Source: Selaginella moellendorffii (taxonomy: Eukaryota > Plantae > Lycopodiophyta). Taken from it: 64,000 nt of DNA. A model generated the notes under the pieces. The model was not told the origin of the DNA, did not search any database, and was given only the letters and a program-made list of their open reading frames with translations. Below are positions 23,395 through 36,054 of this stretch, in pieces. Made by a program: the position numbers and the translations under genes. Positions within the stretch are counted from its first letter, which is position 1. Each line of letters opens with the position of its first letter. The stretch is taken from contig NW_003314402.1 of assembly GCF_000143415.4 (NCBI RefSeq), positions 135,804 through 199,803 of the forward strand, given 5' to 3'.

Positions 23395-26300
23395 AATGTA
23401 TATGGTTTTACTTTTGAACTAGGATAGTTTATATGTTTTAATATAGTTAACACTCTGGAACTTGATTTATAATATTAAGGACATCAAGAATTATTTTAAA
23501 ATTGGACTAAAACTTGATTTTCCTTATGGATTTTCAACTACATATAAAAGATGTACATTCATGTAATTTATTCATATGACAATATTCTTTTGATAAGAGC
23601 ATAGGTTGTGCTGTTTAACAAACATATGATGTTTTTGACTGGAACTTTTATGAAAAAATTCCCACACTTCAATAAGAAAATAAACAAATTTATATTGTTT
23701 TTATTTGCTGCAGAATGTCCTTTTTTAATTCTATATGAATTGGGATTGTTGGTTACAACTTCCATACATATAACATATAAATGTTCTATTGCAAACATCT
23801 TTACCACATATTTAATTCTTCCTTGGATCCTCATAATATAATCAATTGCCACTTCTATAGAATTGTCTTTATTGTTACTTCTATAGTAGTGTCCTTATTG
23901 TGGGCACCTTCTGGAAATTTGTGATAAATTACATCCAAAACTAAATAAAAGTAATTCCAAACATTGTTATAGTATGGCACAATGTAAACTTCTCTAACTA
24001 GAGTATTCATTAGTAAGATGCAAATATGATTAAATTGAATATTCCCTAAAACTAAAATATGAGAACCTATGTGGTGATATTTCATTAGAGTTCTTCTTAG
24101 TTCACCTACATAGTAACTGAGAAAAAATTATTAACTTCTACCAAAGAAATAGATAGATAGACAATTTCTCACTAGTAGTATTTAACACAAATAAAGATTT
24201 CAATTGCACCCCTAATCCCAACTAAGAATATCTTTATAATTTGAGTAAAATATATATCACTTGGAAAACCATATAGTTATAAGCATGAAATATAATATGA
24301 TTATTACAAACCTACCACCATAGTTGTGTTTTGCTTTTGCACTATGATCTTAGCATGTATTGCCACAATTTTTAATTCTTCCTCTTTCATGACATTTTCT
24401 TCAACCAAATTATCATTAGGTAAACTATTCATCACTCATTCCAACATCACTAATGACAAATATAATGTTCTCTCACAAATCATATCCAAACCCATTTGCT
24501 AGATTATATGGTTCTGACTTTCCTCCCAAATCCACTCTATTATTTGTCACCGTGCTAACTTATGCATTTTTAGTGAGAGTAAGTGTTTGCCTATGCTTAT
24601 AGAAAGTAGATTTGGTGAAAAAATAACCTTTTGCTGCCCTTGTTGTAACATATGATAGACAACAATAATTTTTCTTTCTTTTTTGCTTTAGTTTGGTATG
24701 AACCATTGAGATGTGTCATTTTCTGGCTAATCTAGTGATTCCAATCCCCAGACAAATATTACAATCAACATTACAAGGCAAGCACATTCTTGCAAAACTT
24801 GTGAAACTTAAAAATACACAATTATCACATATCTTTTAGTGTTTTTAATGTTGTCAGCCTCGTGGTTTTTTGCTGCTTTCTTTCAAAAACATAATATTGT
24901 TATAAATATTTTTTTTGAGGTATTTTTCAAGTCCTTATTTAGCAAATTCATAATGGAGGTAGAGGAGATAAATTGCCCAATCCGTAATGCTTTTTGGGAT
25001 TGGGCTTATAAGTAACATTTGATAAGCATAGAACATAGGAAGGTTAAAGCTTTTTACTTGTTTTTATTGATAGAAGTTTTTTTATTTTGGTATCATGCTT
25101 ACTTTAGCAAAAATCTTTAACTCTTTGAGTTAGGTAAGGATAATTGCTTTTCTCTAAGGCTATAAAGGTTTTATGAAGATCTTGCTTATATCCTTATGCA
25201 TCTAATGTGCCAGTTATGTTTTTAAATGATTTTTTATTTGATTTTGGAAATCTTTTATTTACAATTCTTATATGCACTACTATTTTGTGTTGTTAGAGCT
25301 TACCATTGCATCCACAATAACATTAATATGTCTTCAATTGATCTTAATATGATGCAAGATAAATGACTATTTAAGGATGACCTGTGATTTGCAAATGATT
25401 TTGGACTTGGAAGATGATTGAGGTTGGGATCGATGGCATAGATGGCATGCTGTTGTTTTATATTATAGCAAGGTCCACCAACCATGGTGCTATTTGGCCT
25501 ATAAAGCAATTAGAATTGGTAAAGTGATGTTTTTAATTATACATTTTTTAATATAGTTATGTGTTTGGATTATTAGGGTATAAGTTGTTTGAAAGAAACT
25601 CCATACCCTAGAAGTAAATAAAGAGTCAAAATAGTCTAATGATGCAACTATGGAGATAGAGCGAGCATAATTAGCTAAAATCAATATAAATTTGTTACTT
25701 AATTTATATATATTTTTTACATTTGAACTTCCCACATGTGAGATAGGGTTTGCATAGTAGGGTTTAGTGGGCGGCGAGATTGTAAAGGTGTTAAGTTTTG
25801 TATCTGCTTATCGTTCTATTTGAATTGACAAGCTGAGATAAGGTAAGCAATGGGTGAAAATACACAAAGTGAATCCCTTTTTTTTTTCCTAAAATATTGA
25901 TGACCTTAGCAAAATTGAATGGACCATTTAGCAAGGGATTGTATAAATATATTATGAGTGTTTGTTTGGCTAGAGTGTTGCCAAACTTCAATAACAAAAT
26001 TGAGAGTGATGGATTTTTTAGAGAGGATTATTTCAAGCTTAACATTCCGATATGGATGAGCATTGGAGCAAAAAAAAAGGATGCAATCCAATTGACAAAG
26101 AAACTCAAAAATCTCAATGATTCGTCGGAATAGATATGCTATAAAAAGCATGCCCAAAATAAAAGCCCTTCACGAAAACAATAGTACCAGCCAACACTCA
26201 CTTAAGAATAAAACACACAAAATCAAGGATTATAAAAATAGCAACCAAGGTTTGCAACACCAATTTTTAATGTTAAGTACTCCAAGCGCTTACTAGATTT

Positions 26301-28292
26301 TTTATTAACTTTATTTAGCAAGAATCTACTTTATGAGTTATTGTAAATCTTTCCTAACTACAAAAGAGGATACTTCAAATGTGAAAGGTAAGTGGAGCAA
26401 AGAACTAAACTAATTGAGCAAGTTTTTGAGTGTAAAATAAATAATCAGTTCCTTTTGTATTTATGAGTTCAAAATAAAAGAGATCTTCATTATATTGTGA
26501 TATCAACTTCAGAAAGTAGTGGTTGCTAAAATAGAGCAAATAAAAGAGTTTATAAAGTACTTGTATGACTAGAGTGTTGTAAATCTCCTTGCATTTAAGT
26601 TAAATATGTAGATCTTGAGTTTTTTAAAGTACAAACCATATTAGTTTCAATAGAAAAAACCTCATAGTTTTCAATATAACTTTTGCAATATCTTCAAATA
26701 GCAAGGATAACAATTTTAGATAAATGGCAATGAGTTAGAACTACAATAGTTAAGAAAGTTTATAGTGGCACATTCATTTGAAAGTATAAAGCTCTACGAG
26801 TGAGGATAATTTCACTCATAGATAAGGATTTACTGGCCAATATAAAGGTTTTTTTTCATATGTGAGGTAAATTTTTTTTAGGATGGCATTTTAAAATTAT
26901 GCTCAACACTAAAGAAAAAGGTATGGACTAATTTTAAATTTTAAGTTCAGGAGATGTATTGGCCTAAGTGCATGAAGGCCATTGTCATTGGCAAGGATAA
27001 TGAAAAAATTATTAAAGCAGTATTATTTTCAAAAGAATTTTATAGTTTTTTAATTTTTGTTTATGTAGCTCTAGACTGAATCATATGGCAACGGATGTGA
27101 GGAGCAACCCCCATACCCTACTAAACAAAATTGATGAAGAAATTGAGTGTGAGATTATAACCAAAGAAGAAAAAGGTAAATTTCATAGTATAACTTAATT
27201 GTATATATGGATTAATATTTTCTGGCTCTATTTACAAATAGAAGAACACTGAAAGTGCTTCCTTAAATAATTTTTTATTAAAATGTGGATAATATTATAA
27301 AAATTTTTTATTGTTTTGCAACAATCTTCACTAAATTTTTTTTTTTTGGCTTGTGTGTATTAATTATAACTAACTTGTATAACTTTGTAAGTGTCATCCA
27401 CAATAGTAAAAGCTTAGCCTATGGCCATAAATATTTATAAGGAGGTGTATTGATTCTTAAGCTTGTATATATTATATAATATATGAGGAAAAAGAAGTGG
27501 AATACACTGTAAATGCAAAAAAAAAATCAACAACTATTAATAAAGTAGTATAATAACAAATCAATATAAGTAATTTTATTTTTTTCCACTCAAATTTAGC
27601 AAATACTTGCAAGAATTTTCTAAGCTTAACATAGCAATTCTAAGAAAATTAGTGGAATTGCTCCTTGAATTTAAGTTTTCTTTTGTTAACATAAAGCAAT
27701 TTTATAAAAATGAAAACTATATTTACCAATTGCCAAATGCTTGCAAAATTAAAACTGAACAAACCTTAAAGGACATTGTTGAGAAGAGTGTGAAGTTTGA
27801 ATAATTGATTATATTTAAAGAGGCTTGGTCCATAAATACTTGGGACTACACCACTATGATATTAAAAAATTAAAATGTAATTAAAACCATATCTATAAAT
27901 ATGGTTTTATATATAAAAATTTATATGCAACACTATATCTGAATTGTGAATAAAATTATGTGAACAAAATTGGCAAACATCAGTTTCAAAACTATATAGA
28001 TATCAGTAAACTATATAGAAAAGTATATGTACATTTATTCTCAAAATACAACTCAATCATATTCAAAATTATACAAAAAACCATTCATTATGATTGCCAA
28101 ATAGAGCATAAATCATGATGAAAACTATGTACAAAACGATTAGTGGTTGTGGTCCCAAAAGCAATGCATTAACAATTAAGAAACCAATCATGAAACCATT
28201 AAAGTCACATATGGTTTAACACAACCATCTTGTTTTGGTACTAGTTATAGTAACAAACCATATTGATGAGCGTGTAATGCTGGGCAACACTA
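23395..28292. repeat. AT-rich decayed block (probable degenerate TE or captured gene debris)
   Basis: CpG-poor, no long ORF, sharp junctions with GC-rich flanks, repeated in four units; family not identifiable. Confidence 0.6.
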
Positions 28293-28294
28293 TG

Positions 28295-30144
28295 CGACAC
28301 TCTGGGTTTTAGAAATAGGAAGAGGCTCCAGCTTAAGGCTCCAACCCCAGCGTTGGTAAATCGTCGACGACAGGGAGTTCTAGATCTACGGTGACAACAA
28401 AGGCCCCTGCGGCAAAATGTTCCATCGGCAGTGGATTGCCAAAAACTCCTGCAAAAGCTGAGGCTTCTAGGACAGCAAAAATTGTCGAGGTGAGCAATGA
28501 TAGTGGAGCAGAGGATTTATATGATTCGGGAGTAGAAAGTGGAGCGAGGTAAACAAGATCATGACTGGAGGAGGAAACGATGCCGAGGTGGAAAGAACAA
28601 CAGTGGTGGAGAGCTCCATTGAGACTGTCAGGAAACATGGCGAGGCTGTTTCTAGCGCCTTAGCTGGACTTTCAATCAGAGGTAGTGCCTTGACCCACGG
28701 TAATCCCGTTAAGATGGAAGCTGGTTGTGGTTCCGTGAAAGCTGAAGCTTCGGTTTTGATCGCAGCTGGATGTGATCCTACGAAAGTAGATGGCTTGGTG
28801 AAGATGGAAGCTGGTTGTTTTACATGCAGAGAGGTGGTGGCTTCTCCAAGAGACTGAAGTTGCCGGGTACTCGACGTCCAGGGGATGCTGGATTCGTGTT
28901 GGCGAGTTCGTGTCCTTCAATTTTCCCAAGCCTGAAGTCGAAAGTAAGAAGAAGTTCTTTGAGCACAAGAAGGTTCGGCCGAAAGCGAGCTCCGACATTG
29001 TAAGGTTCTTGACAAAAGCTTCAGGAGAGGTACGTTTCACTTGACTTGTTTCTTCGTTTTAATTCTAACCATTTGCTCACAGATAGGACGGCTTCCAGCC
29101 GACTGGGCCAAGTGTTCGATACCTTTGGGAAGTGCAAAATGGCACCAGAGGCTCTTTCTCTTATGAGCAGCATAGTTCTCCATTTTTCTGTGTTTACCAG
29201 AGACGTTACGTATATGATGTGCTTGCAGAGTTTATATCAACAAGTCAGAAGCCTTACGAGGAGGGGGATGAGCGCGGATTGAAGCTTCTGCAAGCTATGT
29301 TGAAGCCGTTAATGCTTCGAAGAACAAAAGATTCAACTGATAAAGAAGGAAGGTAAGCATTCTTTTCTTTGCACCGTGCCTTGTCTTGTATTCACTCACA
29401 AGTTGGATTCACAGACCAATTCTTGTTCTCCAACCGACTCAATGTGAAGTTATTGAATGCAAACTATCTGAGCCTGAACGTGATTTTTATGATGCCCTTT
29501 ACCACAGATCTAAGGCATAAAGAACTTCTCTTTCTTTTACTTTCTCTTTTTTCTGAACACGATTTTGCGTTTGTGATCAGGTAAAATTCGATCAGTTCGT
29601 TGGACAAGGTAAAGTTCTCCATAACTATGCCTCGATCCTCGAACTGCTACTTCGATTACGGCAAGCTTGTGATCATCCTTTTCTTGTTCTGAGGTAGAAA
29701 ATGCATCCTCTTATGTCTGAAGTTCCTGACGTTTTCTTCGTCACGCAGCCGTGGCGATACTGAAGACTTTGCGGACCTGGGAAAGCTGGCTAGACGTTTC
29801 CTCCCAGGTGCCTTCGACGGCGTATGTCAAAGAGGTGGTGGATGATATTCGTAAAGGAGAAAGTGCTGAGTGCCCAATTTGTTTGGAGATGCCAGAGGAC
29901 GCAGTTCTTACATTGAAAGTGCCGTGAGTGCCGAGAATGTGGACGATCGAGCATCGGTCAGACGAAGAACGTATCGATCAAGCGATTCATCGTCAAAGTA
30001 AGCGCCACTTGAAACTCTCTTTGACGTTTCTCATGTCTCTTAAGCAGGATCCAAGCGAGGAAGCAGCGATTGATCGCGGGGGCTCTCACAGACGAAGAGG
30101 TGCGAAGCGCTCGAATCGAGGAGCTCAAAATGCTATTTAAATGA
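28295..30144 (+). pseudogene. RAD5: RAD5-like pseudogene C
   Basis: Paralog of A; retains RING start CPICLEMPEDAVLT; most HELICc exons deleted. Confidence 0.85.
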
Positions 30145-30259
30145 GAAGAACTGGAGTCCTTAGCATTTTTTTAACTTACATCAGGTTAAAGAGGGGAATA
30201 TGCTTCTAGCTTCGGCGCGTATATTCTTCAATGTGTCATAGCTAGGTTTCTTCGCGGCT

Positions 30260-32080
30260 ATGGCGGACAGCGAAGGAGCAGGCGATTGCGTCGCAAGCGC
30301 GTTTGATTCCGGCAGCATCGGCGACGAGCAACGTATGCATGCTAGGAGCAGCAGCAGCGCCAGCGCCGGCGCCGCGCCGCGATTTCGCTGGCCTAGAGCC
30401 GGAGTAGCCGATCTAGATTCATGCAAGCATATGATCTCTGGGAAATTGAGCTGAACGCTGAGGCTTTGCAGGCGATCGCGTCGATTCCTCTCGTCTCCGC
30501 GGCCGGGGCGGCTAGAAAGCCGGGGCGCATTCTAGAGTTTCGGGGTTTCTGGGGCGATCAGTCATGTAGCGCGCCTTGACTGCCACTACTCAGGCCGAGG
30601 ATGAACTGGGCGTGGATGTGTCGTCTCCTCCACGACCACTCTACGTCCCAGCAATAAGATTTGGTGGGTGGTAGCAGCACCAAGACCCACTTTTCCCTTC
30701 GGATCCATTCTTGACTCCGTCGGACCACTGATTTCTACGCTCTCCTCTTCCAGTCGAGAGACCGTTCCATCCGCCAGTGCCGTATCCTTTTCCAAATGCT
30801 CGGACTTTCCAGCCTGCTGATAATGTGGTTCATCCGCCGCATTCCTCTGGGGAGCTTAAAGCTCGTCCTGGCCTTCACTTCGAGTCTCCGGTGTTTGGAC
30901 CCAGCGCAGCAGAGACCTCGGACTCCAAGCGCGCCCCAGAGCAGCCGAGGAGATCGGTTACACCTGCGAAGGATGACAAGCAACAATTCCACGGCAATGG
31001 TTCCGAGCTCCTTCAGTTGTTACAGGGTGGTCCTGGTCGTGTGAAGCCCACAGCCTCCACAAAGGTGGATGCTACACAGGACAGTGGGGATTCTGGAGAG
31101 CCATCAAAGAAAGGAAGTCCATCTGCTGTTCACGGCCCATGTCCTTTCTCCTCCGCAGAGTCCAAATGACCTCCTTGGACGTTTGTGGGCTGCTCTTCCG
31201 TCGTCAAGCCACACTTCGTTTGACGGAGAAAGCGAACGCAAGACGTCAGCCCGGAGCTTTGGCGTTGAAGTGAACGAGATGTCCCGGGAAGTCGACGGAG
31301 GTGAAGCTGCTGGTTTCGCACTTTTGAAGCGAAGGGGATCGGAGCCTGCCGCCTCGCACTACCTTTAAACGGCTACGACTATAACGACTCTAAGACAAAT
31401 GATAAGCCGAGGACAAACTTGGCATCCGGAAGACTACAGGACTATCGTGGGAGATACGTAAATGGAGAGGCCGAATTTGAGCCCGGAGGCGATGACTTTA
31501 GAGGTGCGGGAAGGCGTCGAGGTACCGGTCGTGCAGACGCCAGACGCGGTGGTCGGGGTGCTGTTGGCCAGTGGATTGCGGTAAGTGAGAGGCATAAAGA
31601 TGCTGAGCCAAGTGACATCACCTCCTGCGATATCTCTGATGGAAGGGACGAGTCGCTTAAATCTTCAAACGGGACTCAGTCGAATGCTAGGAGAAAACAT
31701 CAACAGGTATGGAGGATAAAACAGGCCGACTCAAAGGCAGCATTTCCAGCGGAGGAAAAACCGGACTACGAGGTTCCAAAGGCACGGTCTTTGGCATCTC
31801 AACTTGAACGTCCAGCATCGGAAAGTACGCAAAACTCTTCCGTTGGTGCGGCTTTTGAGGAGTCCAAACAGCGGCTCCATAATCTAGATGCTTTGGAAGG
31901 AGAAGGCGTGACGACCTCTCTAGATCTCGAGGAGCTACAAATTGACGGTCACCGTCGTGAGGGTAAAGCTCCACAGTTTTACAAGGTTTGTGCTTGCTTT
32001 TTTTCTTTCTCTATTTTCATGTGTTTGTATCTCTGGTTACAGCCGAAGGAGAACCGTTTCAGGACCTCTGAAGAACTAAA
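30260..32080 (+). pseudogene. URT1-like fragment
   Basis: Paralog of 8666-10745 with several small deletions. Confidence 0.65.
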
Positions 32081-32344
32081 GGTATGCATATGCATATTCT
32101 TAATATTGTTATGTTTTCCATGTTTTACCATTTACTCTATACACCAGATTTTAAAATACTCAAAACCACGAGAGTAAAGTAATATCCTGAGAATACGATT
32201 TGTAAGAAAAACAGAAACTGTGTCTTCTCCAAACGCTGCTGACGGCTTGGAAATCTCTGTTTTTGTTTTTTGAGTGATGCAAAATAGTGTAGCATTTGCG
32301 CAGATCGAGAACCCAATCGATGTCCACTGAAGGAGCAAGGTTTA

Positions 32345-35300
32345 CTAGCGCCCGTAGAATGTTATCTGGAGATCTGGCCGCTCCTCAAGCCATGGTGGAA
32401 CTTTCGTACCTTTTAGGCAGCGTAGGACTTTGAGCCTGGGAAATAAGCCAAGGCCGTGATCGTCTGAACTCAATTGGGGCCACACTACATCATCATGACC
32501 AGAGAGCTCAAGTTCCTCCAATCCTGGAAGGGATGCAATGGATGATGGAATATTTTCGATCCCTATCAAGTGCGCCCATCTTAAAAGAGTCATCTGGTCT
32601 GTTGGCTCAAAGAAATCATTGGGGATACAGCCCTTCCACAAAAATAATGTGACGCATTTCACCTTCAGCTGTGATCTCTCGGTTGGCATCAAGAGTCTCC
32701 TCATGTAACCTTCTACTCTCAGTTCATCAAGGTCTTTGGGGTGTTGTGTCACAAAGAGAGGCAAATGCTCCCATGTATTATCAGGAGCCAGCTTGAATGT
32801 TAAAAGCTGCAGGTTTGGAAGACTTGCTGCCAAATCGTCCTTGAACTCCGACTGTGCAATGTGTAGATTTTCAAGGCCCAGAACTTCAAGGCATGGGAAC
32901 GATCCATCTAAACTGAAGAACTGGATACCACTGTCTAGGCGAAGTTCTCGTAGCCGCTGAAAGCCCTTTAACCAGGACAGGTCTTTCATTGTCTCATTGT
33001 TCCTGATGGTTAACAATTGTAGCTGTGGCCATTCAAGGCTTTCGGCATTGTTTTCACCGTCTTCAACCCCGTCAATCGCAAAGCCCTCAAGCTGTTTGGA
33101 ATTCTTAAACATTCGCTTCCAGTCAAGTTTGATAGTCGATTTCACCCAAATCTCACATCGTTTCAGATTGACAAGTTGCCACGGGCCGGTGAAATCGCCA
33201 AAGTCCATGCTCTTTGCACGCAACACCAGTGTCTCAATGTCCACTAGTGCACCAAGGCTGTGAGGTATTTTTATTGTTGCACCATAGTAGAGCTCTAGCT
33301 TTAAATGTCTTAGCTTGTGTAGGCTTGAAATTCCACTCAAATCCACAGCTAACTCCTCAAAGGAATGAAGCTTCAGCTCTTCCAAGTCGAATAATTGGGG
33401 CAGTAATGCAAAGTTGAGATTTCTGGTAGCCTTGCATTTCAAAACCTTCAGTGATGTCAAGCTGAAGAGCGCATCTGGCAATTGAGGCACATCATCGTAG
33501 GATGGAAAGTGAAGCACTTGAAGGTTTCTCAGCTTGGATATGCTCTCTGGAATAGAACGGGCCAAATTATAGCATCCATTCAAGCTCAATACCTTGACAT
33601 TTTGGATGTGATCTATATCCAAACCAGAAATTTCATGAGGTCCATCGAGAAGCAAGACATCTCGCACATGAATGTCAGACAAAAGGCTGCTTGTAACCTT
33701 CTTTCCAATGAATGAAACTTTAGAAAATGTTGGAGAAATCCCAGGTGGACAATCATAGCCAAACAGGCATCCCTTCTCGTGCTCTTCCTGGGGTGGGTAC
33801 TTCCCTTTCATGATTCTTATGCACAGCTTGCGTACCATATCGTGCACAGTTACATACTTACCCCATCGATCATCAGTTGTCTTCACTAGGCATCTTCGTT
33901 CCAGTTCACTAACAATCTGCAGAGGCGAGAGTTCTGACCCAACCGCTATCCAACATTTTCTCAGATCATCAAACTCGATTCGCACATCTTCTGGAAACGC
34001 AGCCACATAGAGAAAGCACTCTTGCAGCTTTTCATCCTTATTAGACAGCTCGTCATAGCTAAACTTCAAGCGCTGGAACATCTGCTTCTCAATGTCCCCG
34101 TCATTCAACAAATGCATCTTCTGATAGCGTTCTTCCCACACCTGCGGCCCGTCATGCCTGTAGTCAGCCATGGCACTGCCAATCACTTCAAGAGCTAAAG
34201 GGAGCCCCTCACATTTGCTAGCTATTCTCTCGGCAACTTTCACAATGTCCGGATCACTAGGTAGTGAATCATAAAAGGCAAACTTCCAAAACATCTTTTT
34301 GCTCTCGTCCTCTGATAGCTCATGCACAGGAAGTTCCTTTGCACCCAGCATGCTCAAAATGTCTTCCTTTCTGGTTGTTACCAGCACCCGGCTGTAAGAG
34401 GACGGCCCTGCTATAAAATCCAGTCCCTTGGCCAAGCTCATCTCCCACACATCATCCAGTATCAGCAAGACACAAATTCCACGAGCAACATTTTGTGCCA
34501 AGTGCTGCACATGCTCAAGGGTGCCTGCATTTTGGGCCCTCTCTCTCATGCCGCCCCAGTCAAGAGCGTTGAGGAGCTGGGCCCTGAGATCATCCTCCGA
34601 TGCATCTTTCTTGACAGTGATCCATACAATGTTGTCATGGAAATGCTGCCGGACCCTCTGGTCATTGTTCACGAATCTTGCAAGGGTGGTCTTGCCACAC
34701 CCTCCCATTCCCAGGAGTCCAAACCATTTCCCCGGGGCTTGTGGATCCAGGAGGGCATTCACCACCTCATCCACCTGCTCCCCATGGCGGCCAAACATGT
34801 CGTTGGCCTCGGGAACACCACGCCGTACATACTTTACGAGACCTCTGTCTTGTGGACAACTCCGTACGGAAAAGCTGGTGCTCGGCTGTATCACTCTCAA
34901 CTCTTCTCGCTCGTACCTTTCAATCTGCGGGAGGAGATCGTTCTCGCAAGTGCGTACCAGCTCCGAAATCGCGCCAGATCGCTTCTCCCTGCGCGACAGA
35001 TCCATCTTTTAGCTCCATTGCTTCAAACATGAATTCGAATAAGCCTTACTGTGATCCAAGCAGCGCTTGCGCCTTCTTAGTCCATTCAGTCAGTTCAGTC
35101 AGCCACGCCTCAGCCTCACCAGAGTAGCGGAAATCTGGATTCCTGTGCTTGGGAGCATTAAACTTGTCAAGCGTGGCCTGGATTCTGGATGCCCTCTTCT
35201 TTAGCTCCTCAAGTGGACATTCAGCTCAAGCTCGTGACCCTTGATCTGCGACAGGAGATCGCCGTAGGCACTTAAGGACTTCGCGATCTCGTTACTCCGC

Positions 35301-35671
35301 TTGTACCTATAGGAAGTGGAGAAGTTCAACCAGCTGCCTGCCATTTCTACACACACACACACACAAAAGATAAAATGCTACTGTACCGACCGCTTTATGG
35401 GGCTCCAGATCCTGTTGTTGCGTGATCCCAAGAGTGCTTGTGCCGTGGTGTTCCATTTCCTGACACGCTCCAAGCATTCCTCGGCCGCTTCAGAGAACAT
35501 AAAGCCAGGTCCATTTCGCTCCTTGAGATCACCAAAAGCGTCGATCTTGTCCTGGATGTGGGGCGCCTTGTTCTCCAGCGTGTCAATGTTGGCATTGCAG
35601 TCCCATATCTTCTTAGCAGGGCCCAGAGCCAAGCCACACAAGGCGCTTGCCAAGGAGCCCACAACCTCCAT
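32345..35671 (-). pseudogene. NLR copy 4: NB-ARC-LRR exon open, 1-nt deletion in exon 2 (~35212)
   Basis: 886-aa ORF with NB-ARC and LRR. Exon 2 reads ctcctcaagtggac versus ctcctcaatgtggac in copies 1 and 6, and the exon-2 ORF is missing from the ORF track. Could be a sequencing error. Confidence 0.65.
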
Positions 35672-36054
35672 GCCTGTAGACCTACAAGCAAAGGTCGTCT
35701 CCCAGAACTCTTGGCCTTGGTACCCCCTCTTAAAATGAACAGTAATTTTCAGAGAGGTATAAGCTGTTACAAGTGACTTGAGTTTAATTGGAGTTGATTG
35801 CTTGCAGTAGAGCGCGTAGTAGAGGGCCTCGTGCAGCACCCTCCCTCTTGCAATGCCAGCTCTCTCTCTCTCTCTCTCTCATTGCTCCGACAAGAATGCT
35901 CCGACATTGTAAGTTTCTCCAGGAGAGGTAACTTTTGTCGCTTTGTTTTAGTTGCACACAGATAGGACGCCTTCCAGCTGACTGGGCCACGTGTTTGATT
36001 GCTTTGGGTCAGGAAAACGTACTCTGGGTCATTGTTCACTATTTTTGAGACTAG

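Noticed and set aside
23385-23400. CTAG at the left edge of the AT-rich block as a canonical Helitron 3' end
   Set aside because: No GC-rich hairpin at the expected distance on either strand.
23568-26157. Short ORFs in the AT-rich block as transposase or viral genes
   Set aside because: No recognisable catalytic motif; interrupted by stops that differ between copies.
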